Assembly: GCA_003427395.1 (NCBI GenBank)
Contig: BFEA01000004.1
Location: 697,874 to 761,873 of the forward strand
DNA length: 64,000 nt
Origin: Chara braunii
Taxonomy: Eukaryota > Plantae > Charophyceae
Direction: 5' to 3'
Of this stretch, positions 12,999-24,455 are shown one piece after another. A program made the translations under genes and the position numbers. The notes under the pieces were generated by a model, which ran no database searches, was not told the DNA's origin, and saw only the letters and a list, made by a program, of their open reading frames with translations. The number at the start of each line of letters is the position of its first letter. Position 1 is the stretch's first letter.

Positions 12999-13333
12999 CC
13001 CGAGGTCATGTATATTTGCGCTGCTGACCTACTACCCTGTCGACTACGTGCCAAAGCATAATCATATGTGTGCTTCACGAACAGCATTTAAGGCATCGCT
13101 AAGAATCCTATTGTACCAACTGGCCCGGCTCAGTTGGTACGCCCCTGAACTGTTGCACTACTACAGACCGGTGTTCGAACTCCACTGCACTAGATGAATA
13201 AAAAATTGTGACTTCAACAAAAAAAAAAAAAAAAAAAAAAAATCCTATTGTTTGGCAGGCTACTGTACACTGATGAATACTCCATAATCATTTTCAGTAC
13301 TGAATTCATTATCCGTGAATTAACATACATGGA

Positions 13334-13418
13334 CGGATGGAGAGGGATTCGAACCCCCGATATTTTGTAATATGTCAGTTTTCAAGACTGGTACCTTCAA
13401 CCACTCAGACATCCATCC
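13334..13418 (-). tRNA. trnS: tRNA-Ser(UGA), plant mitochondrial type; probable NUMT
   Basis: GGATGGATGTCTGAGTGGTTGAAGGTACCAGTCTTGAAAACTGA...GGGGGTTCGAATCCCTCTCCATCCG; 7-bp acceptor stem, TGA anticodon, long variable arm; resembles plant mitochondrial trnS(uga). Confidence 0.8.
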
Positions 13419-15343
13419 AAAGCAAAGACGCCCCTTACGCGTGGCGTTGCGCCTCGAACGCAATGTGCATTCTGCTCGAGATCTAAAATCACTTTCTCAG
13501 CACTCTGCACAATCCAGCAACAACATTCACCACCTTCATAATGACACTCATTATCCTTTCTGCGGAGAGACCTGATCACACCATGTAGAGCACTGAGCTA
13601 AGTACTCGAGAGGCCACTGTTAATCCTTGCAAGAGGCTTATGTGGGGGGCGGGGGAAGAGGAGGATTATGGACATCTGACACTGAAGGTCAGTGGAGATC
13701 GGGAAAGGTTGTTTCGTTGAGTGACTCCAAGATGCACCAAAGAGCAGGTGGACATAGTGCGCTTTGGGTACAAAGTAGAGAGAAATGAAGGTTGGCAGTG
13801 TGCTGATAGCCCCATCGACGCGGGCCATCCTTGATTGAAAAGTGTCTGGGGAATCTGGGGATTGACAATGCTGGTGCTGATGCATGATTGACAATGCTGA
13901 TGCTGGATGCTGTGCAAGGTTTATTCGGGCGATAATTGTACGTGTGCAATGCATTGGCAGGAGATATTACCATGATGTGCAAGGTTTTCATCGGCTGGTA
14001 CTACGACAAATTGCTGTGTTGGCACCTCACGAGGCAGCCTGAGAAGGTCCCTGGTACATTTGACCTAGAGAAATTCTGTTAGGATCTTAACAGAATTGCT
14101 GCAAAACATCTACTACACAGCTGCAACAGACTGTCAGCAATTACAGGCTCGATTGCACGCTGATGCAATGGCTGGCATAAACATGGAAATACGATCATCC
14201 AAGGCACGTTTCAGTGCTTTCAGCACATCCACATCCACGACGTCAACATTGACGCAGTACTTTCGAGTCTTCGAAGCGAAGGAGAGCCCACAAACGAGGG
14301 TCTTGTAAAATGATTTGGTCCACTGTGGCCACATGACCATCAACAATGTCAGCACACCATGCAAATAATTATCCACAGGATAAAAGTCCGGAGGAGGCAC
14401 ACTGCTCGTTATTTGGAGTGCCACTTTTTGTGGCCATGGCGGAATATTTGTTCACTTGCCGAATTGGACGCGCAATTGGCTGGTGCTGTCTTTTACCACA
14501 CACACTTATTTCTCTAACAGCCGGCTGTGGATGTAATTCAACAACCTTCGGCAATCGTAGGACGCCCCATACTTCTGTAGTGCGAGCAACCCAACCCATG
14601 TGAACATGCTTAATGAAATTTCAAATTTCAAATTTCAAATTTAAGAACACCTTGTGCTTAAGAACACCTTGTACTTGTGGAGCAAGCAACCTGATCCATA
14701 TTCACAAACACATGAAATTTGAGACCGGAGCCTGTACTTGTCATATGCAGGACCGGAATTCGGCTGCCAGTGGTGAGAATATTGCAAACCACAGATCATG
14801 CGCTCCAATTGACACATGTTTGGTGTAAGCTCAACATCAGCAGCCATTGCAATAAGCAAAGAGCGCCAGGCAAGCATGACTTGGGAGAGTGAGAGATGGA
14901 TTGCCATTCTGAATTAGCTGCTAGGATCAGCATGCGGTGTAGGGCGGAACGCACAACATAAAATGGACAAGAGCGCCAGGCAAGCATGACTTTGGGGCGA
15001 ACAGTGGAGGGCGGCCTTAGGCATCGCAAACATATCCACCCGCTGCCGGACGAAAACCCTTCACGAGGAGCGGCCTCATGTGTGAACCGTTGCGGATTGA
15101 TGCAGCCATCAGCATTAGATAGAGATGGTGGTGTATACATTCCGGGAGCTGCAATCGTATAGAAAAGCAGTAAACATGTGCATGTGCATTCTGAGAATGA
15201 TTTTTTCCCTGGTTGCTGGTTCTTACCCTGGCCCTATGTGACACCCGCGGCCTAGGCCGCAGGCAATTCGGCCCCTGCGGCCGAAGAGGTCGGCCACAGC
15301 CGCAGCAGCCGCCAGGCCCTACTGCGGCCCAATTTTTTTTACA

Positions 15344-15503
15344 GTGTAATCAGTGAGGGGATTCTGCAGACTGTTGAGGGTTCAGCCTCCTGATGAGTCG
15401 GTGAAGCTCCGACGAAACAGTTTGTCACAGCCCCTCGTTTGTTGTCCTCTTCTCTCTCTCTGCCTACGGTTTACCGGGCAGTTCTGTTTGTGACGAATAG
15501 GAC
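15344..15503 (+). mobile_element. Hammerhead-containing short repeat (retrozyme-like), longest copy
   Basis: Hammerhead followed by a CT-rich tract and a 3' hairpin CTGCC..CGGTTTACCG..GGCAG, ending in (TA)n; homologous to the copies at 2.2, 5.9, 7.5 and 19.7 kb; 5' boundary approximate. Confidence 0.75.
15366..15425 (+). ncRNA. Type III hammerhead ribozyme (structurally complete)
   Basis: Stem III GCAGACTGT/ACAGTTTGT; GTT cleavage triplet (15373-15375); stem I GAGG/CCTC with loop GTTCAG; core CTGATGA (15390-15396); stem II GTCGG/CCGAC with loop TGAAGCT; core GAAA (15414-15417). Confidence 0.88.
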
Positions 15504-15894
15504 ATATATATATGGGGTTGTAGGGTTTTAAAAGCCCTACAGCCCCTTTTTTTTTTTTGAATTTGACTTCATTCAAGTTCATTTACAATTTGTAAAAAAT
15601 GAAAAACGAAAATCGGTTACAAAATAAATAAAAATAAAAAATAAAAGAAAAGCAGGAATATTACATACATATACATATTTTTTCTTTCACGAGTCCTTAA
15701 AATTTTGCCAAAGTACTTGCTTTTCTTCTTCTTCTTCTTCTTCTTCTGTGCTGTTTGATTGATTGATTGATTGATTATTGATTGATTAGAAAGAAAAAAA
15801 AAATTGAACACGCTAGTTCGTGTGTGTGTGTGTGTGTGGGCACGCACTTGTTTGTGCACGCTTCTGTGTATGTGTGTGTCTCTCTGTGTGTGCA

Positions 15895-15928
<34 letters not shown>

Positions 15929-15942
15929 GTGTGGTGTGGTGT

Positions 15943-15977
<35 letters not shown>

Positions 15978-18392
15978 CTGTGCGCGCGCGCATGTGTTTG
16001 TGCGCACACGTGTGTGCGTGTGTGTGTTTCCCCGTGTGTGTCCCCCGCATGACGGGTGGAGGGGAGGGAGGACCCCTCCCCCACCAATCAATCAATCAAA
16101 AAAACAATCAATTAATCGATGTTTTTTTATTTTAATTTTTTCTATTTTTTTGTCACACAACCTCCCCCCCCCCCAAATTTCCCTTTTTTTTTTATAGTGG
16201 CTTCCGGAGGGGGACGCCATGCGCAGGCAATGCGCGCGCCCCATTTTCAGGCGTGCGGCTCCGCCTGTGCATGGCGCGTAGCTGCCGGCCTCCTCAGCCG
16301 CAGGATCCACGGCCGTGGGGGTCACATAGCCCTGGCCATATACCCTCCCCCCCCCCCCCTCTCTCTCTCCCCGCATGGTTGGGTCTGTGGTAGGATTTGG
16401 GGAGGGATTTAGGGAGGCACAGTGGCAGACACCAGTTCTAACAAATAATGAAGACATCCAAACAGAGGGCAAAAGGAAACCAAAAACCAGTCGAATAGGT
16501 GAACCCGTGCCTGGTAGCAGTGCGGCGGGAAGAAGACGTTAGAACAAACAATAGACGCAAAACCCCCAAGGAATTGCTAAAAGACTTTCAAGGTCGACCT
16601 GAGAACAACTCCAGCAGACTTTCAACCACGGGCCACCTCTAAATAAACAAAAGATGCACCACCAAAACATACAAAGCAGATAACACCAAAGATGTCATTT
16701 CCACGTAGACTCCACACTGCTAACCTAACCTCCGTCTAATCTCGGACCTCTGATCGAAGCTCCAACTCCACTATCACTGCCAAAAATCGGATAAAAACGA
16801 AAAACCAAAAATCGGATAAAAACGAAAAACCAAAAATCGGATAAAAACGAAAAAGATTAACTAGCAAAACCGGTCAAAAGAAGAAGAGAGCAACAATCAG
16901 AACACAGAGAGCACCTACACCTCCTCACAAGTGATATCCCTCCGTCCGAGCTGACATCACATTCGGAGCCCCGCAGAATGCTTCAGAAACTAAAACACAA
17001 CAACAATACACCATAAGTTGGAGACACTTGTTGCACTTCCTTATAGATAGACACAAGACTCCTTCCTGATTATGATTCAGAAGGACATATCTTTCACAAG
17101 GTAGCAGCCATCGAGCAACCAAGAGTCTAGTTCGCATGACCACAGGACATGCCCATTTTGTCGACAACAGACTTGCGATCCATAAATCCCAGGCAGGAGT
17201 GCCCCACAGCCTCTGTTTTAAAAAGCACCAGCACACGACACATCGGCCCGCGGGTGTCAGCAGGAAACCTGGCACCACTTTTGAGGCCGCCGATTTTTTT
17301 TTTTTAACAGCGCCCCACGCCGCGCAGTCCCTCCGAGTTTTGCTAGTGGCGACAAAAAACTTTCTGCAAGGCTGCCGCGGCCGTGTACTTCCGGTTTAAC
17401 ACTCGGCATGCCCGTGCAAAGGAGGATTCCCGCCAAAATTATTTCTATATGATAGGGGTATGGCCAATCCGAAGAGAGGGCAAGATCCACCATCGGCCCA
17501 CCAACAGCTGGCATAGGGACCGTGTACTTGCAGTTTAACTCATTCAAGTCTGACAGCAGGCAGGCATCAGTCAAAGATAAATCACAGCACCATAACACAC
17601 CAGTCTCGCATCCTATACCAGCAACAATGCACTCGATGCTTTTCTCATTCCGCACCCTGTACATGTACCTTGCAGATCAGGTGAGTGAGACCTGTTCCTT
17701 CTCCTTTCCCCTCACGTTCACGTCCTTTCATGAACAGTCGTACGCCCTAAACCGCAAGATACAATGTTGTTTGTGAAGATCCCCTAATAATCCGCAAGGA
17801 CTATCTACAAGGTGTGAAGGAGGAAAACTGGTGGGCACATCATTGGACTAGAATGTGTGGCTGGTATGTGCTGCTGACCCATGCTGCTAAGACATCAACA
17901 GAGGGGATCACATCGATCTGGAGAAGTACCTACAAGCAGACACACACAGCGGCACCACAGACCGAGGATAAAGCCGTCGAACGAACAACCCCCCCTATCA
18001 AAATGACTACGAACCTCCCCTCCGCATCCTCTGGCTAGAAGAAGAGGTGAGGGCAAGGCTAGAAGAAGAGGTGAGGGCAAGTGCAGCACACACGCAACAA
18101 CAGCCACCCGACAGCAATGCTCTCTCGCAGTTGGTTGATGGCTCTATTGTTATCAGCCCGTCCAACATGAGACATGTTGCGTTCATGCAAATTGGCTCTT
18201 TTAAATTCCCATAAGTTGGGCTTATTCAAACCTTGCTCCTGGAAAAGCAATGCGTAAAAAAAAAGAAAAAAAAACACTGAAAGCAGCGACAGCACATTTC
18301 GCATCTCCAAAAGATGCCCTCAAAAGTCCCAAAAACGCAAACCTAAGAAAAGAATACCAATCAAGCAACAACATGTACGACCCATCCCTCGC

Positions 18393-18536
18393 TCAGCACG
18401 AGCAACCCCCGGCCTTGTTTTCCGCCTGTGGTGGGTTAACCGTTGGCGTCAGTTTCACATCTACAAGGTCCTCCGTCTTCGTCGCCGACACGGCTTCCAT
18501 TCCTGGCAAGGCTGCTGCAATCTTCCGAAACAATGC
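18393..18536 (-). CDS. RAB6: Rab6/RabH1 exon 6 (terminal)
   Basis: ggcag| acceptor; ALFRKIAAALPGMEAVSATKTEDLVDVKLTPTVNPPQAENKAGGCSC* with a CxC prenylation motif; the six exons total 648 nt = 215 aa + stop. Confidence 0.95.
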   Translation of the reverse strand, partial: ALFRKIAAALPGMEAVSATKTEDLVDVKLTPTVNPPQAENKAGGCSC

Positions 18537-19014
18537 CTGCCAGGGAAAATATGAACAAAAACAAAAACAATAAATCCAATGTCTGCCAGGCCTGCAGGCC
18601 CAGGTGTACTGGTGGGTTTCATGCCCCACACCGATGCTGATGACAAACCATTCACGCCACTATGCATCCAACATCTGCAGACAGATAGATGATTGATGCA
18701 AATGCCAGAATAGGAAGCCTTTTTGGCCACATACTGCTCGATGAAAAAAGAAAACAATGACCTTTTTGGCCACATACTGCTCGATGAAAACACAAGAAAA
18801 AATGATAGTCCATGCGCAGAAGTAGATCATCAATAGACAACGAAAAATAAACTGGTGTTTTCACTTGCATGAACACCTGGTCATTATCCCTGTATCTCAT
18901 CATGAAGTTGCCCCCACGTAGAGCTATAATGACCAGGCGGGCGTCCTATTCGTCGGAGACAACAACAGCCCTCTGTCTCATCTACTGTAGCTAGATGGAT
19001 TGATGCATCAGAAC

Positions 19015-20419
19015 CTATGTGACACCTGCAGCCTAGGCCGCAGGCAAACCGGATGCTGCGGCCGGAAAAGTCGATCGCGGCTGCGCCCAACAAGGCCTAC
19101 CTTGCGGCCCGGTTTTTCGGGTGTTTTTTTTGGGTCAAAAAATAAGTAATATATTGTCACACTGTGAATCAGAGCGCAGAAGCGAAAAAAAGAAGAAGAA
19201 AATAAGAGAAAAGAAAAAAGGGGGAGAAGAAGAGGTAAGGAAAGCTCCACCTGTTCATAACCTCTTACGTACAAGGCCAGCCACGTGGATGACAGGTTGA
19301 GCGCTGGCTGCCCCCATCCCCGTGTGTCATAAAGACCCACTTGCACGCAGCCAAAAGGCAAAAAGGTAAAGAAAAGGCGGAGGAAACCAAACCTCACAGA
19401 AGAAGAAAGCCTATTAAACAGACGAAGCAAGTACACATCCCACAGATAATCCAATTACCATCCCACAGAACATATTTTCTTTTTTCTTTTTTCTTTTTTC
19501 TTTTTTCTCAGGTTTCTTTTTTTGTGTTTTTCTTTCCTCGGTTTCTTTTTTTAACTTTTTACTCGGTTTTCTTTTTTTAACTGTTTCTTCTACACTTCAT
19601 CTGTCACCCCCTCGGCAGATAGGACAACTACGGTGAGGATGACGGGGATGTTCACAGGGATACCCAAGGAGAGTTGCGTTAGTGCAGCTATATAGCCTCC
19701 TGATGAGTCGGTGAAACTCCGACGCAACACTTCCCCTCGTTTGTTGTCCTCTTCTCCCTCTCTGCCTACGGTTTAACGGGCAGCTCTGTTTGACGATATA
19801 TATACGGGTTGCAGGGTTTGCAAAACCCTATAGCCCATTTTTTTGTTTCTGAATTTGACTTCATTTGCGATTTTTAAAAAATGAAAAACGAAAATCGGTT
19901 AAAAAGAACAAAATAAAAATAAATAAAAGAAAAGCAGGATTTTTTTTTTCACATTTTTTTCATGACTGATAGTCCTAAAAAGGAAAGCAGGTAATTTTTT
20001 CTCTTCTTCTTCTTCTTCTTCTTCTTTGCTGTTTTTTTTTCCTTCTTCTTTGCTGTTTCTTCTTCTTCTTCTTCTTCTTCTTCCTCTTCCTCTTTGCTGT
20101 TTTTTTCGTTTTCTTATTCTTCTTCTTCTTCCTTGCTATTTTTGTTCTCCATCTTCTTCTTCTTCTTCTCCAATTTCTTCTTCTTTTTGGTCTTCTTTTT
20201 CTTCTTTGTTTCTTCATCTTCTTCTTCCATTTGTTCTTCTTGTTGTTCTTTGCTGTTTCATTTTTTTTGTGGTTCTTCTTCTTCTTCTTGTTCTTTTTTC
20301 CACGACCTCCTTCAGGCAATTCAGCAGCGGTGGTCAGACACAGATAGAGAGAGAGAGAGGGCTGCCACACGGCCGCTCGCCAGCAATCGGCTGCCAAGGG
20401 GCAGCCCGACAGTGGTCCA

Positions 20420-20463
<44 letters not shown>

Positions 20464-20855
20464 GCCACGTGGCAGCTCGTTAGAAATCGAGCTGCCAAGT
20501 GGCAGCCCGGCAGTAGAGAGAGAGAGAGACCTGCCTCACAGAATTGTTTTTTTTTTTTTGCCAAATGGGGGGTGCGCAACACCGTCAACATGTACCAACC
20601 CCTCACCATTTCAAATTCACTATTTGGGGGGGGGTCGTCTTTTTTTTTAAACCCCTATGAAATTTCTTTTTTCCCCAAAAACTTCCATTTTTGGGATGGG
20701 AGCCAGGGGCCGACGTGCGCAGGCGGCGCGTGACTCCACCTGGCCGTGGCTCGGCCACACAAAAAATCGTTCGCGCGGCCTAGGCCACAGGGTTGCGGCC
20801 AGCCTCCTCGGCCACAGCCGAGGCCGCGGGATCCGAGTCTGAGGGTCCCACGTAG
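19015..20855 (+). mobile_element. Second member of the CTATGTG-TIR family, in Rab6 intron 5
   Basis: Starts CTATGTGACACCTGCAGCCTAGGCCGCAGG and ends GGGTCCCACGTAG; TSD ATCAGAAC/ATCACAAC (7 of 8 match); shares the hairpin and AT-rich block with the 15.2-kb copy. Confidence 0.78.
19694..19797 (+). mobile_element. Hammerhead-repeat copy, 5'-truncated, core mutated
   Basis: AGCCTCCTGATGAGTCGGTGAAACTCCGACGCAAC...CTGCCTACGGTTTAACGGGCAG...TGACGATATATA, between TA tracts. Confidence 0.78.
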
Positions 20856-20875
20856 ATCACAACCACGTGGACTTA

Positions 20876-21021
20876 CGAGTACGGTCATACTTCGGGTAAT
20901 GCACTCGATCCCATCCGAACTTGGAAGCCAAGTGCCGTTGGGCCGGAATAGTACTACTGGGATGGGTGACCTCCTGGGAAGTCCCGGTGCTGTACCTTAA
21001 CAACAACAGAAGAAAAAAAAA
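20876..21021 (+). pseudogene. 5S rRNA-derived retrocopy with A-rich tail (Rab6 intron 5, antisense)
   Basis: GTACGGTCATAC...GATCCCATCCGAACT..GAAGCCAAG...AGTACTACTGGGATGGGTGACCTCCTGGGAAGTCCCGGTGCTGTACCTT followed by AACAACAACAGAAGAAAAAAAAA; isolated copy with a 3-nt duplication in the internal control region. Confidence 0.85.
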
Positions 21022-21167
21022 GCAAGGGTGCTGAGACAAGAGAAATACAATCCGGGAGGAACAAGCACCCACCCCACCCCGTTCATCGACTTCACAGATT
21101 CACAACATCTCGCTATGCAAACTTGTGACGTGAGAACCGCGAAGAAAAAGGTAACATATTATTCTCA

Positions 21168-21317
<150 letters not shown>

Positions 21318-21342
21318 CTAAGATCAGATACAAAAACAGATA

Positions 21343-21502
21343 CCAACGGCCCTAGCTCAGTTGGTACACCCCCGCTGAATTGTTGAAATACAGACTCAAG
21401 TTTGAATCCAGACACCTTCAGATGAAGAGAACAAAATCACTCTGAATTGCCTCGGACCGTTCAGATCAATGATGATATCTAAAGGTCATAGCGGCATAGC
21501 CC

Positions 21503-21530
<28 letters not shown>
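21343..21530 (+). mobile_element. tRNA-derived SINE family 1
   Basis: A-box TAGCTCAGTTGG, B-box-like AGTTTGAATCC, unrelated body, 26-nt poly(A); homologous to 29083-29257. Confidence 0.75.
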
Positions 21531-21535
<5 letters not shown>

Positions 21536-22427
21536 GAAGAAGATGATTCAGGTTTGTTGCACCAATGTGGCAAGATGACAGGACGAATATGCACCCTGCA
21601 AAAAGCCAAATGGGAATCACAAGAAAACCTAGGCTTCATTTCCATGCGCAGGGGTGCCCCCAGGACGCACGGATCTTTGCATGGCCGGACGCCCGTGCGA
21701 GTCCAGCGAGACCCCAGCGCAGTGTTCAGAAAAAAATGCTAATTTTTTCTCTGCTTCGTCTTTTTCTTTTTCTCCTCCCTCATCATCTCATTCGTCCCTC
21801 CCACTCCCTCCTACTCTCCCTCCCGCTCCCGCCTGCCTCCCCTCCCGCCATCTCCTTCGTCCCTCCCACAACCCGCCATCTCCCTCGTCGCTCCCACCAT
21901 CCTCCACCTCTCTCCCGCCACTTCGTTCCTGCTCTTCCGCAATCCTCCACCTCCCTCCCGCCACTTCATTCCTGCTGTTCCGCCATCTTCCACACTTTTC
22001 CGTTGTCTTCTTCCTACCTCCCTTCCGCCATATCGGACCTCCATCCCACCTTCCCCCACCTACCTCCTGCCACTTCCCACTTCCCCTCCCGCCATTTACC
22101 ACCTCCATCCCGCCGTCTACCACCTACTTCCCGCTACCTCCCACTTCCCCTCCCGCCATCTCCACGTCTCGCGCACCATCCTCCGCCTCCCTCCTGCCAC
22201 TTGGGTCCTATTCTTCCGCCATCTTCTTCCTCCCTCCTGCCGTCCTCCGCCTCCCTCCCGCCATCACTACTTCTCTGCATGTGTGGAAAAGGCAGATTTG
22301 GCCTCTTCTCTGCATTCACAGCAGCCCCCCATTACCACTTGCAGCCGCCTGGCCGTGCAGGCTGCACAGGTGCACGGCCGTGCCGGCCCGGCCGGGCGGC
22401 TCAGGAAGCCTAGGAGAAAACACATGA

Positions 22428-22532
22428 CCGTCTTCCCCTGAACACAACGCACCTTCATTTTGACTGTATCGGGCTGGAAACATACCTCGTACACGTTCAT
22501 GTTCGGGGTGCGTTATGTTCAGGGGAAGACCG
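22428..22532. mobile_element. 105-bp MITE family A (Tc1/mariner-pogo-like, TA TSD)
   Basis: TIR CCGTCTTCCCC.GAACA.AACGCAC; same length and sequence family as 29629-29733 and 33509-33613, opposite orientation; left TA decayed. Confidence 0.75.
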
Positions 22533-22724
22533 TAGTCCGCTTTTCTCCTACCACACATCATGGCGCACATAGGAAGGGGCAGTGCAGTGGCTGCGTAGAG
22601 AGTAAATTTGCGATGTAAGTTGTGTAACCTTCCAAGAGGGTCATCAGAGGAATCCAACAACCTATACCCACACACCAGTATTCTAACCACAGGGAAAAAG
22701 AGGAGAGCACCGCAAGAGATACTC

Positions 22725-22808
<84 letters not shown>

Positions 22809-22943
22809 GGATATATCTTACCGGCATATGTCTTGAATGAACTTGAGAATGCGCCTCTTCAATACTCTTACAACCAGCAGGCAAACTATCACTGAGCTTC
22901 TGTGAATTATCGCTCAGGGCGGCGGTGTGAAAAAGGAAACTCA

Positions 22944-23150
<207 letters not shown>

Positions 23151-23243
23151 CNNNNNNNNNNNNNNNNNNNNNNNNNNNNNNNNNNNNNNNNNNNNNNNNN
23201 NNNNNNNNNNNNNNNNNNNNNNNNNNNNNNNNNNNNNNNNNNN

Positions 23244-23318
<75 letters not shown>

Positions 23319-24144
23319 ATCTCTCAGTGGTCTCTTCCCTCTGCCTCTCAACCTTGTCTCTTCATGATGACAACGCCATGGACGGAGGGAAATGCAAAGC
23401 CACTAGCGCCTTCCAAAGTTCCCTTAGAAGCCAAGCAGAGTACATCATCGCACTCAAAAGAATCAGCCCGTCAGCTTCCTATACCACTCCGTAGGTTTCA
23501 AGAGTCCTCCAAAAAATCAAAATGTACTGGCTGCTTCATTACCAACCAAAACCCAACTCCACAGGTAGAAGGGCTTTTTTGGCATCTGGACGAGAGATCG
23601 AAAGACAATACACTGATTTGAGGAATTAGGACTTCCTAGACAGGACTGGATAAACGAGATATAGACACTGCAAGGAACCCATAGCCTCTGCACATTGGCA
23701 CTGAAGGTTAGTCAAATCCTCAGGGCCCAGTGGTTTGGTCAGTAGGGTTTCAGGCAGAATCCATGCACCATAGGTCCGATACATAACAGGAGTGAGCCCG
23801 GTGCCAAGTGGCTTAGAAACCAGTGGAGCTCATTGAGTCAAATCCAGACCAGTCAGTCTGCAGCCTAGGGTCCCACGTAGACGAACGAGTACCCCGGCAA
23901 AGTCAAGGCCTGGAGCCCCCACCAGCAGGGTAGCGCATCAACAGGGGCCAGTCATTTGGTCAGTAGGGTTTCAGCCACAATCCATGCAACATAGGTCCAA
24001 TAAGTCAGAGTAGTGAGCCCGGTCCCCGGTAGCATAGGAACCCGAGTCAACGGGGTTTGCGAGCCAAAGGGCTAGGAGCTGAATCGTCACATTGAAAATC
24101 ACAGATGATGTCACCATCTTTCATTCATTTCCTTTGTGCTTGCA

Positions 24145-24266
24145 TGGAAGCAATGCTGCACTACATACCGACCTCGTGACAAGCAAAGCAGCCAGTTAGA
24201 CGGAGCAACCGGTAGGTAGTCAAAGGCACTGGGCACTATAGCGTAGATGTACCACAGCCAGGAGCG

Positions 24267-24318
<52 letters not shown>

Positions 24319-24455
24319 GTGGAAGCAATGCTGCACTACATAGCGACCGCGTGACAAGCAAAGCAGCCAGTTAGACGGAGCAACCGATAGGTAGTCAAAG
24401 GCACTGGGCACTATAGCTTAGATGTACCACAGCCAGGAGAGAGAGAGAGAGAGAG
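24145..24455. repeat. ~115-bp tandem duplication, each unit ending in (GA)n
   Basis: TGGAAGCAATGCTGCACTACAT...GATGTACCACAGCCAGGAG occurs twice. Confidence 0.85.

Larger units (their letters stand above)
15234..16329 (+). mobile_element. Non-autonomous TIR DNA transposon with 8-bp TSD (hAT-like by TSD), carrying the intact hammerhead
   Basis: TIRs CTATGTGACACCCGCGGCC / GGCCGTGGGGGTCACATAG; perfect TSD CCCTGGCC at 15226-15233 and 16330-16337. Confidence 0.85.

Noticed and set aside
16700-17230. Possible decayed tyrosine recombinase (DIRS-like) fragment on the minus strand
   Set aside because: Only faint CPV, GYHL and YV resemblances across stops; not supportable without a profile search.
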